Below are positions 37,401 to 49,400 of a stretch of DNA of 64,000 nucleotides, one piece after another. Origin of the DNA: Balanoglossus misakiensis (Eukaryota > Animalia > Hemichordata); assembly GCA_040954595.2 (NCBI GenBank), contig CM082584.2:6390110-6454109 (forward strand). The letters are read 5' to 3'. How positions within the stretch are numbered: the stretch's first letter is position 1; every line of letters begins with the position of its first letter. The translations under genes and the position numbers were made by a program. The notes under the pieces are model-generated. The model had not been told where the DNA came from and searched no databases. It worked only from the letters and a program-made list of their open reading frames with translations.

Positions 37401-40400
37401 ACCACCACTATCGCAACAATCACAACGAAACCGACGGCTCCAATGATTATCAGGACCACGACGCTCTCCTTCGAAGCCCTGGGACTTGTGAACATGGGTT
37501 CTGAAGTCGTTTCCTCGGGGGGAGCTGATGAAGAGAAAAGAAAGATTCTGGTTACCCGGGAGACAAAGCAGCGGCCACAAATAGTGCACATACAATTGTT
37601 TGGTACAAATGAGTATCAGTAACCCCTATAGCTACAACCTACTGAAATAAGTTGCAACAAAAATCAATCGCTCTTAATAGGAGTCAGATCAATGAAAAGA
37701 ACTCATTTATCTTTGAATGAGTCACTTCGTGTTTTTTTTCCCTTCCTAACGATCTGGTATTTTTTACAGGCAGGCAAATTTCAAACTGCACTGCAAGTGA
37801 AGCTGCAAGCTCCAAAAATGGATTCGGAACTGATTTTCTGAAACTCACCAGGCAAAATCCTGATCCATGCTGCCCTGTAATCTATCCCTAGAGAATTACT
37901 GGCCCAGCAGACGTATTTGCCGCTGTCCTCAGCTGTCACATTGCGTAGTACCAAAGTATCCTGGTTCACAGTGTCATTTGGCTAGAACGAAAAAACAACA
38001 TAATTTGTCATGTCAATTCTTCGTAACAACTCATATTAATATGCAATGTCTATGGGGTATACTGACAACCACACACCTCTTACATGGAACACGTTTCACA
38101 CAGAAATATATTGAGGTTACAAATTTGCCATGCAACTGGCAACATAAAAAATAAGTGACAATTGATGGATCTACACACTTCTTATTCAAATAAGATTGTT
38201 TTTGAATGCAAGATCTCGATGGATCACAACTTAATTCCTACGTCAAAGGGGCAGGAAAAAGTGTTCGGTTTAGACAGGTTTCCTGATTAGATTGGCTTGA
38301 ACAGGTTTTATTTTACATGATGTCATCACCATGACGATGTTACTATCTTGGACGCGTTCTTCAAAGGACAAAAGTGGAAGCGACTGACATCAGAACTCTT
38401 CATTTTCGAACCTCGGCAACTCTTACAAATTTGAAGTAATAGCTCCTCATGTCCCGATTGACGTCAGCACTATACAGTCTGTGAAAGTGTCAGTGGTTCA
38501 GAGGTGAGAAAGCCGTTCCCCGATGAATTCTTAACATTCCACCCGTCACATGCACCACCATTCAGGGAATACAACACTTTTTAATTCGCAGTTGTTGACA
38601 TCTCGCTCTTTTTTGTAAGATGGAACCGCACTTATCGAGAAACCTGATTACCTCGTAAATCAGATCAAATCTTTGTATTTTTGTAACCATACTCCATTCT
38701 GGTGTGCATGTATTTTGTTCACGGATTGAAATTTTGCTCGGGTCTCTCAAAACTTGCGATCGACACAGTGAAAATTCCGACATACGGTAGCCATCATGAG
38801 AACCCTTCTCAAATCCAATAATATCTCGAAAGGATAGGGTTAGCATCCACGCTGCTTGACTGCGTGCATCACGCAGAAATTCTTCTAAAACATGAAATCA
38901 TTAGACATGACATGTTTGTATAATTGAGTCACCTAAGTGCACATGGAAAGTGTATCATACTCTAGCCATTACGGGGCGGCGTCTGATGATCACGTCTTTT
39001 AAGATTTTCATTACAACTACAGAGTTCACCGAGTGTGGATGTCAACTACCTTGTGGGAATACGAAAACAGCTCATGTGAAGTGGGCTTGTTCCTCAAAAA
39101 TAATCTGAGCGGTTTTTATCAAGTAATCCATATTTAATGCAAAGTGATCCGCCATCGCACTATGCAGTTAGTTTGTAAAAGTCGTACAGACTGAACTCTA
39201 CAAGGCTCAAGATGAAAAGTAGAGAGGTTTTCTCATTTATTTTCAAACTAATACTTTAAAACACCCTGCCTTTTATTTCATTTTCTCAATTTGCTCCAAG
39301 TCCCTACAACTACATCCTGTATTGCCGTAATTGAAATCTTTCTATTTTCATTGATGTCTGTTTGTACGATCGGCGCGGAGTGAAATTGAATCATGCAGTT
39401 TAAACACCTGGAGTTCATCTTTCCTGACCTCTGTGTGGTACACGCTTGTATTTTGCCATATCCGTATTTCCATCGTATCAGTGCCATGGGACAATGGGTA
39501 TTATGCGCCTGTCCAGATGTGTTGGAAATATTCCTTCCCTGCAGAATACTGTGTTTTAATACTTAGATCACATCAATCTTTATTTCTCTTTTATTTTACG
39601 CCTTGCTTTTCACCTCTGTTTGACTTTTCTTTTATGAATTTATCTGAAAGTCAAACTGCGTACCATCAAACTCTTAATGCAAAAACGAAATACGACAAAA
39701 ATGTTATTCATAAATGCGTGTGGGTACGTCTGACACAGCCAGTACACTGTAGATGATCTATACGTGCATTGACAGCAAAACTCATGCATTTCCATAAAGG
39801 TGCCCTTCATCACCACAGATTGATTTCCTGGCTTCGTACCTTGTTCATCTGGCCTGTCAGAGCCCGTCCAACAAACGCTGCGCAAACACTTGGCTTATTT
39901 CATCGCTATAGTCAGCTAGCTGACACTTCTCATAAAGCTGAATCGTCGAGTCAGAGTGAAATCCACTTTGTTTTCTTCTCACGTGTTTCAGTGAAACAAC
40001 TACCACTCGGGCAAATCTTAAATTACACTCACTTGTTGACATATTGCCCCGAGAGCAAACTTATCAATATGCGCGAGTGCGTCGTTTTCAATATTAAGCA
40101 CAACTTTGATGAAACACTCGGAAGTCATATACTGTACAAAGAAAATGTAAAAATCACCTTTAGAAACAGTTTATTGCTTTCGCTAACAATGCATACATGA
40201 TTGCCTTTTCTGAACTACAACTGAAGAGATCAATTGATTTTCACACAAACTTCCATATTACCCTGAAATCGACAACTGAAACATTTACCGAGCAAAATTT
40301 CATGAACATTTATAGACTGGTGAACATTTTAATAACAATTTTTTTCACAGGGCTATATATATAGCCGCATGGTGCTTTGAAATTTTTAATATGATTTACG

Positions 40401-43400
40401 TTTGAAACCAGACATATGATATCCTAAGGGACTGTTCGAATGAAATTTATTCCCTTTATAAAGCTGCGACAGTCTCAGGTCTTGCACTGACTTTCACCTG
40501 CTATTTTTATGATGATAGCTTCAATGTAAAATTGCCTGTAGTCAAATCCACTGGTAATTGTCTTGTATAACGCTGACAGCACATTACGTTTATTGCACTT
40601 TTTATACTCGCAGAATTTATAATCACTGCAATGTCGCATTACAAGATGGCCCTCAGTGGCGAGCTTTGAACCCTACCTTCCACTGGGGAATTTCTCAGAG
40701 ACATTACCTGTCCATTATTTCGGCATTATAAACATCGCTCAAATTATTCTGTTGTAAAAAGCCACTGACCGCCACGAAAATTGTATAATGTGGATTTAAT
40801 ACATCACATCGCATCCTTATTCTAGTTTGACTCTCATATCCTGGTATCGGTGAGCCTACAATACTGCACAGTGTGATTATATATGTACATATGGTTATTT
40901 ACAAGCTGCAGATCTGCAATCAAAATGTGGAGACCTATATTCCAGCGCGAGGACAATTACATCCACCACAATTCTACAATTTCACTGCCTTGAATTCAAT
41001 TCTACTGTGCAAACCACCTCTGCTTTTATAAGTGTGGAATAACAACTGAGGAATGTGAGCTATAATACATTTTAGCTACTGTTAGATTTTTTAAAAACCT
41101 GGTAATTAAAAACCACTGGCTATACCAGGGTATCATCAAGATGGTTTATTTTGAGTGAAAGCTATCAATCTGTCCATCATGTCTCTGAAAATACAGCAGA
41201 AAAAAAAACAATGCCGACAACTGAATCAGAGCAACTGAAATCTCTGTAGTGCCTCAAGGGCCACTTGAAACAAATGTTAAAGTGGGTTGCAAGTACAAGA
41301 ATGAACTTAATATACTCTCAACATTAGATAGTTCGATTTACTGGGTGTTATTCTTTTAGAGAGGCTTTAGCCGGGATTCAGTCAGGCAGAAATCCCATTC
41401 CGGGATTCTCCTTCAGTACTTATAGTCTCGGATCAATCAGATTGTCAGTATCTCACACTTCTCGGGCTTCGTATCAGGACACACGATCATTTTGTCAGTC
41501 TCTCTCACACTGAGAGCTTTGGATAATACACGTACAGCAAGAATAGATTCTGTATCGCACACATAACTTCACTCACACAACAGGTTCTTATGCGTTCTGC
41601 ATGCATGGCCAAGAGTTACACTGTAATTAACCCTTTCACCACCACAGTTTGGCCAAATCCATTGTTTTCTATGTGAAACTTGGATTCTCACAGCGGAAAA
41701 CAGGGGTGAGAGGGGTTAAAATCTAACAATTAATCCAACAGCCATACACGTACATTTTGCACCAAGCAATGTCTGTTACCATACATATCGATATTGATGG
41801 ATTTTGCATTGACCTCTTATTTGCCAAACCACCCCCTAGAGTGACACAGTTGCCCGATCCCCGACACATTTCAGTTAGACAACATCACAACACACGTGCC
41901 CAATACACAAACAATTACCAATTTGATGACTTAATTCTTGCACACAGTGTACATGTACATGTATGTAACAGTACATGATCTGTGTAAATCTTCACAAATA
42001 CCACTGGAATATCTGTCATCGCAAGGTTTGGCATTTTTAGGGCAAAAAATCCACTGAACTCTGCGTCCATCGGTGACACTTTGACTCCTGACTTTTCAAG
42101 TGCTTGGTTTACTTTGACCCACCTTTGGAAAGCTTAAATATCAGGGGTTCCAAGGACCAAAGCCAACAACATGAATATTTAGACTCTGAACTTTTCTATG
42201 TTTGTTTTAGAAGGCCACGACTTTAACACAAACAAAGATATTTTATACACAACAGGGATGAAATGTCATTTTGCTAGAGTCAGGAGGGAGCATCGATACA
42301 TCGCAGAAAATCTATTCTTTGCATTGCTGAAAAAATTTACAGAAGTTGAAAGAGACAGTCATGTGCTATGGATTGCAAGTAAGAGACTCTCAATCACACT
42401 AGATAACTCTTCTCATACCCTCAAAAAGCTAAAGAAAATCTTCAGAAAGACGAATAATGACAACTACACATCTGAAAAAAGAAAGTGTTTTCAACGGGCA
42501 TCATCTGGATGGCAGGGTACTGCTCTCGACATCGACCAAATCTCTTTATTCTGAGAACCCTAGCTGAAAATAACACGTTTAGTACTCTGGGGGAATATCT
42601 CAATTTGTATAAATTGGCTTTGTCAACAAGTATGTGTATGCCAGTCTTGCCAGTGGGGGACACGACTACCAAACAAACACCTCACACCCCACAGCGATTC
42701 ATGTCCAAACCATTACTGTGGCTGCAGCTACATTTGTAGCTTTAGTAGAACCGCTGTGGGACTATACACCCGGTTCATTCCGGCTTCGGCGCGGCAGTAT
42801 TACTCTGGGGCATTTTTGTTTTTTTACCCGTTGTAATTGAGAAATGCAACAATGGCGATTCTGAGCTGGGCCTTTGCAATTACAGTGTGTACAGTTACAG
42901 GCTCTAAGACTTGAAACAGTCACTGCAGATATATCTTTCGTCCAAAATTGCAGATGACGCGAAAAAACGCGAGAAAATACACACTGAGACATCTAGCAAG
43001 TTTTGCTAGAAGGAGAGATGTCCGACACATCTAAATTACAGACAGCAATATCTCGTATTTCAATGACTCTGGGTGTTCGACATGCTACCGTACTCGATCA
43101 GATTTCTCTGCAAATTAATTTACACCAATGTTCAGTTACATCCCATCAATACCAAGCCTTGCAGCATGTTCCTTGCATTCTGTGCAGACATAAGAACATT
43201 TCTCAATATCTTTTTGGCCAGAAAGCTGTCGGAATATGGTGGATTGTGATTGATAAATTGGCAAAAAAAATCCTAAAAATACAAGAGTTATAATAACAGT
43301 CTGACATGTATCGAACACGCAGGAAATTGCACAGTGGATGTATACCTGGGTAAAAAACAGACGATTCCTGTTTGAAAACCCTGGAGACTTTGAACGCCGT

Positions 43401-46400
43401 GTAATTACATCTCAGAGGGGAAAAGCAAAAATCAAAACATACATCTAGTGCTCGGGCAGCTGTACTTCCAACTTGTCAGGGTTCATTCGCAGGAAATCAG
43501 TAATTGGTGAACAGATATGTCCTCAGGGGAATTTCACTTTGAACGACTGCCGCAAATTACAAGCAACAAGTGCACACGAACTACAGCATACATGTTTTAT
43601 TTTTTTTAAATCTGTGCTTCTTTGAACTCGCTGAAAAGTAGTTCTCTTACCCTCGAAAAAAAGCAAAATCATGTAACCATCTGATATTATCCTTTTAGTA
43701 TACAATTTTACATGGAGAAAAAAAGGCACAATTTGACTTGAAAATCTGCTCTTTGAACTCGCCACACAATCAGGCAGCAAGAATCACAAACTGAGACACA
43801 CAAATGCAATATATTAGAGGGATAGCGCACAGGAAATCAAAGCAAAATTAGATTCCTTTGAGATGGAGGTCAGAATTTTCATCCTAGATGTACATGCAAC
43901 TTGCAAGTAAGATTTTCACTTTGCAAAAGACTGCGGCAGCAAAGCATCCTACAGGAAGATATCTAGATGCTGAGCTCAGTTTATAATTAAATGATATATA
44001 TGTACGTGTACAGGTGTATGTTCACTGAAGCAAAGTTAACTACAGTTTAATATATAAAGTGAAGATCTAACCAATCACAGATTTTCACTGGGTGGCCAAG
44101 AAAAAAAAAAGGGGGGGGGGGGTGACACCACATTATACATGATTAGATTTGCCTTTAATATATCTGCATAATTATGTAAATTAAAGCTGTTCCAGCCATG
44201 GTGGATTGCACCTCAAAACAAATTGACATGTGTATTAGAGACACGTCTCTTACACCGCGTACATATCTGAGAATCGGTCAAATTTCAATCTGCGCGTCCC
44301 CAGTCATGACATTCATCAAAGATAATGACTTAACCTTGTAGGCCTTTCACATGTGATGAATAATACATGCGAGACATATCCTGAGACGGAGAAATCCTGC
44401 GTTTAACTTCCGAATCTCGGGACAAACGCGCAAGCCTGGAATGTCACTCAGCTAGTCTGAATGACGGCAGCGTCTATTTCTTTATCCGAATGATAATGGT
44501 CGCTGTCCATCCGAAAATAACTGATTTACCACTCGCGCGTCCCTTGGGTTGCTTGACGCCTAAGTGACAGACAAACGCTGAATTCGATTCCAGTGTGCCC
44601 CCAAGGCTGGCTGTACATGCGTTATCTCACAATTAGTCTCAGGAAGCGATATCACCACGCGCTAGAGGGCCTTTGACTCAAAACTGTAGTCCAACAATTC
44701 CTTTTTGAACCAGACTATAGTGTTCAATTAACAGAAAACAGCGAGTAAGCAATCATGAAGTACAAGTACATGTATACTGCCACTATTCCTCCCCTTCGAC
44801 AATCGCCAATATAAGAATCCTGGCTCAATGCAAAACAGCACAATTTTATTTTCATTACTTGTACAACCTCATTCATATGAAACCTAGTACATAAATTTCA
44901 CATACAGTTCAGTATTTATTTATAAGCTATTCAAAATCAAAGAATATCCACCCTCAAAACTGTCAGCTCACCTTCGGTTAGTTAGTAAATTTAATATCAA
45001 CACAATTCCCTAATATCGGAAGTTGAACCGCAATGTCACTTAGTATAATTTCCTGTTTCTTCTATTCAACTGTTCGATGACATCGTTTAACCTACATTTT
45101 TTTGTAAATATGTTGTGCTTATTTTCCTCTTTATGGATCTGGTTTTCTTATCATCATTTTCTATAAAAGTACAGCACCTGCGTGTAGCTTCCTATCTTTT
45201 TCTTCAAAGTTTCTGTTCGTGGAAACATTTGGCGTATTGTATTAAGTACACGTGTGGCATACCGCAAGTTAAATATGCCCAGCAAATGTCCTTTTACATG
45301 TAGTATCGGTTCAGCTGTACCGACGGCATACATGGATGTTAGATCGGGTAAACCAATGCTATTTCACAGACATGACTGCTTCTGTACACAAGCACAGAGG
45401 CGAAACAAACACCGAACTGATTTCTGAAGGAGGAAAAAGGACAGTTTGACATTTTACCTATTCCTGACTGTCCCAACAGTACTCGGAAACACGTGAAAAG
45501 AAAATTAGCGAGATTTATTCGAATTTGGTTCCTTTTCTAAAGCCTTTGAACAATAACCAACGCAAACCCAGCCAATCAGTCACGCCACTGTCCCCCTTTC
45601 TATCCATGATCGAATGCAAAGATAACGCTATTAGCTGAGGACAAGCTGTTTGCAAAAATGCTGCTGCCCGTTTTGTGTATTGGCTCCATTTAGGAAATTT
45701 CTACAAACCAACTTACCATGAGAAAACAAGCTCGCTCTCTAAAGAGCCCTTCAATTAAACACACAAGTCAAACAGATACATGCAGTACCGTTAAAAGCTT
45801 TGGCATCACCTACTTCATTGAAGCTCCATAAACTCTACACTTAGTATTTCCTTTAAGATTCAACCTTTGAACACTAGCAATTGTATCTGACATCATCACA
45901 TCCTTTGGAAGATGTCCACCCAGACAGAATCGATGGTCCAGAGAGATGCTTGTCTCGCGCGCTGAAATGAGGTTTATCGATTAGTTTTCGAAGACGACTC
46001 CAGAGAATTGCATGCTTATTACGCCACTGAAATGACATACTTGGAAGATAATGAACATCAAAGGAAAAACTCTTCCCGAATGTTCAACTATCTTCAGGCT
46101 TGATGGGAAATTATTGAGATTATACATCATATTTCTGTGGATCATGCGAGGAACCCAGCAAGGTCACCAAGGTCATTGAGGACATACCATGTTTGTTCAT
46201 ACCAGTACATGTATGTCATCAAAATGATTATTCTATTGTCAGATAATGATCGTCTTATGACTGGGGAAAAAAGCCCAGGTGGCAATGATTTCTTTACTTT
46301 GCTTATTTCTGGAATATTTTTGCCCTGGAAAAGTTCATTTGACATCTGTGTCATCAAAGCGGAGGAAAATACTAGGTCACTTATCACAAAATCAATTATA

Positions 46401-49400
46401 TTAGCATGTACAGTCATTTTGTGGAAACAGAAAATGCAATTTTTGATTGTATGATTGTATTACAGTGTTGTGAGTCACACAGACCTTCTGCTGTAAACAC
46501 AGTTCTTCGAAGAATTTCTCTGATAGAAAAAATGGTGTTATTCCAGTGGGAATTATTTTCAATTTGTTGAATTCCATTAAACACGGTGCTTTTTTCTCTT
46601 TGAGCTATCTAAAATAAGTCCCCCTTCCTCACCGTTTTCCTTTCAATTTTCCGAGGTTATCTGTCAGTTTCACCGGAAAAGCTGTCTTTGAGTGTAAGAC
46701 TGGAACCACTGCTTAATGTAAGACTGATTAAGAATGGAAATCCTAACTTTCCGAAGTGCTGACTCAGTGTCCGAAACATTCGACAGATACCGTTCCAGAT
46801 CTGAAGTCGACCGTGCACATCCAAAGAGCGACGGCCGGCAGCAACTAACATCTGAGCTTGTCCACTGTCAAATTCAACCTAAACATTTTAATTTCCTTCA
46901 ATTTGCCAAGAGCCTTATACGTGCTAAACCTAATCCATTCAATTTCCTGCAAACTTAGCTAAAATGCCAAGTGTCTTTGTTTAATCCACTGTCAGTTTCC
47001 GAGCAACCACCAAGTTTGACAAGTGACACTTGCCCAAGACCTTTTTCTTAGATCTACCGGCTATTTTCCCCATACCACCTGCGACAATGACATTAATGCA
47101 CCATCTTACATGTATGTAGCCCTGCTAGTACATTTGCAACCTAAACTCTGCACAAATTCACCATGAAAGAATGGCCTTGTCAATCTACTCAAAGACACCT
47201 TAAAGGGACAAAGTCTCTCTCTCGCTGCCCCTTTTCCATTAATTATGTTTGATACACGACACCGTTTATGTTATTCTACATGTGGATATAGTGAATCAAT
47301 GTTCAACCACACACACCTTCCATCCTGCTTGTAGACACGAGAGTGAAAAAACTCGCCAAAATGAATAGTCAGTTTCTACCATTTATTCATTTTGGTGAGA
47401 TTTTTACTCACATATCCTACAAACGGGATGGCCCTTTTTATCGCAACACACAAAAGACAGACATGCATTCACTCTGCCTTCATCGAAATTCATCCAACAA
47501 AATTAAGGGTTAACTTCTCTAAATCTGGGCTCTGATCACAGTTTGATGGTGACAAATTGAGTGTTAGTTGTTTGCACACAGCAAGTGTGGGCCACCTTCT
47601 GACCTCTGCAAGACATCCCGAGCCTTTAATCACCAGCTCTGAGCTATGAAAAATACTACTACAGATCTTGATCTGGTGAGAGAGATTAAATCAAAGGTGA
47701 GACGTGGCGAAGCTACAAATTTAGTGAAATCAGGGCCCAACAGCTCACGCAAGATTTTATCTTACACAAGGACTCTGACATGTAACTGTGCGGCCATTTT
47801 GCAATTTACTTCGTTCTTCAATTAGTAAAATTAAACACCTAATAGTTGGACACTAGCTGTTTGAAAAATTCAACTAATCTTTATTAAACTTTTCTGTACT
47901 CCTTTACAAATAAAATATATTCTATTGGTACATATAAATCACCTATAGGTCCTATTGTATAGAAATCTGTATACGTTAACTTATAGAATTCCGTAAAAAG
48001 TGTTCCAATTGACTATTAAAACCACTAGTAACCTATAAGTTGGTCTATCGAATGTTCTATAGTTTGTCTAAAACAGGCACATTTTATACAACGTATAGTA
48101 GTAGGTAGTCTATTTATGTAGGGTTGATAGTTCGAATGTTTGGAAGACGCCCGTCATGCATTCGAACACTGACACACAAGGGACTGTTATCAGGAAAACA
48201 GACGTTATAGCTACAGGTTAATGTCATATCTGCCATGAATCAAATTATTCTGATATAATCCGTTGTTGAATATCTCATTGAGAAATCACAGACACAGACA
48301 TGCCTACGAGGCGAGTCTTTTGTGAATCTCTAACAGACCATTCAGAGTTTGAAATTCACGTTGAGAGCTAGAACAACAACAGAAGCCTCACAGTCTCCAG
48401 CAGCTGATTTAAGAGAAACTCTGACAGATTCCTTCTTTTGGGCACGAGAAAGTCAAATCTCTGTCTCTGACAGTATTACTAATAGCCAGACCCATAAAGA
48501 CAAGCACACAATTATGCAATCTAAAATTGTGACAGTTAAGTTTATTCATCCCCCTGCACTACGTACATTAACAAGATGATTAGAAATTCAACGTGTACCA
48601 CGATCCACGCAATGCTAGTGTAGTTACGATCACTGCCATTTGCCCGTTAATTTCATCTTGGCATACAGAATCAATCCTTCACACGAGACATCAACTTTCC
48701 CTTTTCACAATCAATTCAAACAACATTAGCCGGGTGTCTCATTCAATTCCAATGCAACACAAAGAACCAATTGATCATAGTGGTAACCAAAGAAAACTTT
48801 CAATAGATTAACAACACAGTCACTTGATATTTTTTCCTTCAAGTCACTGATTGAAATATTATGTAAAAAAAAACATTTTTAGCAATATTTTGTTGTTAAT
48901 AAGCAACTCCATTTCACAACCAGAAAGTTCATTGGTGAAAATTTCATTTCCCAGAGCATTAATGTTCACTCTGACTAGTATCTCATTATTTCCTAATTTT
49001 ATTATGACTCAAACCGCGAAAGGGATCAGGTTATGTTATCAAAAAAATCTACCTTTGGAGGACATTGCTTCTCTGGTGACAAATTATCCCTGGAAAAACA
49101 ATTTATGTCCTCGCGCAGAGTATTCTTCCAGATCAACAGCATTGTATGACTCACCACAAAACAAAACAAAACGTGTTGAAGTACAATCGCGGGCACCGTG
49201 CAAGAATACTATATTACACTTAATAACCTGTCTGGACGTGCCTCGCAAAAAGCCAAAATCTCTCTGAGCTTATAAAAACCACATTCCCAGGCATGGCATC
49301 TTGTAATTCTGAAAGAGTATAGTCTGAACACTATTCATTCACACAGTGACATCTGAACCACAGCTGCATGATCAAGTTGCTCTGAGAAAAGAACTTTACC

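Noticed and set aside
39429-39538. Second two-Cys exon candidate in the FGFR IgIII intron ([36 protein letters not shown])
   Set aside because: The acceptor is fair, but the available donor gives 110 nt (phase 0 to 2), which would frameshift the downstream phase-0 exon.
39840-39893. Segment ending ATG AAC AAG|GTACGA (MNK), echoing the end of the cassette exon
   Set aside because: No credible acceptor or pyrimidine tract, and an in-frame stop lies just upstream. Likely coincidence, so an array of mutually exclusive exons is not supported.
40708-40748. 41-nt pseudo-exon with decent splice sites in the IgIII intron
   Set aside because: Not a multiple of 3 and incompatible with the flanking phase-0 exons. 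There is no evidence that it is used.
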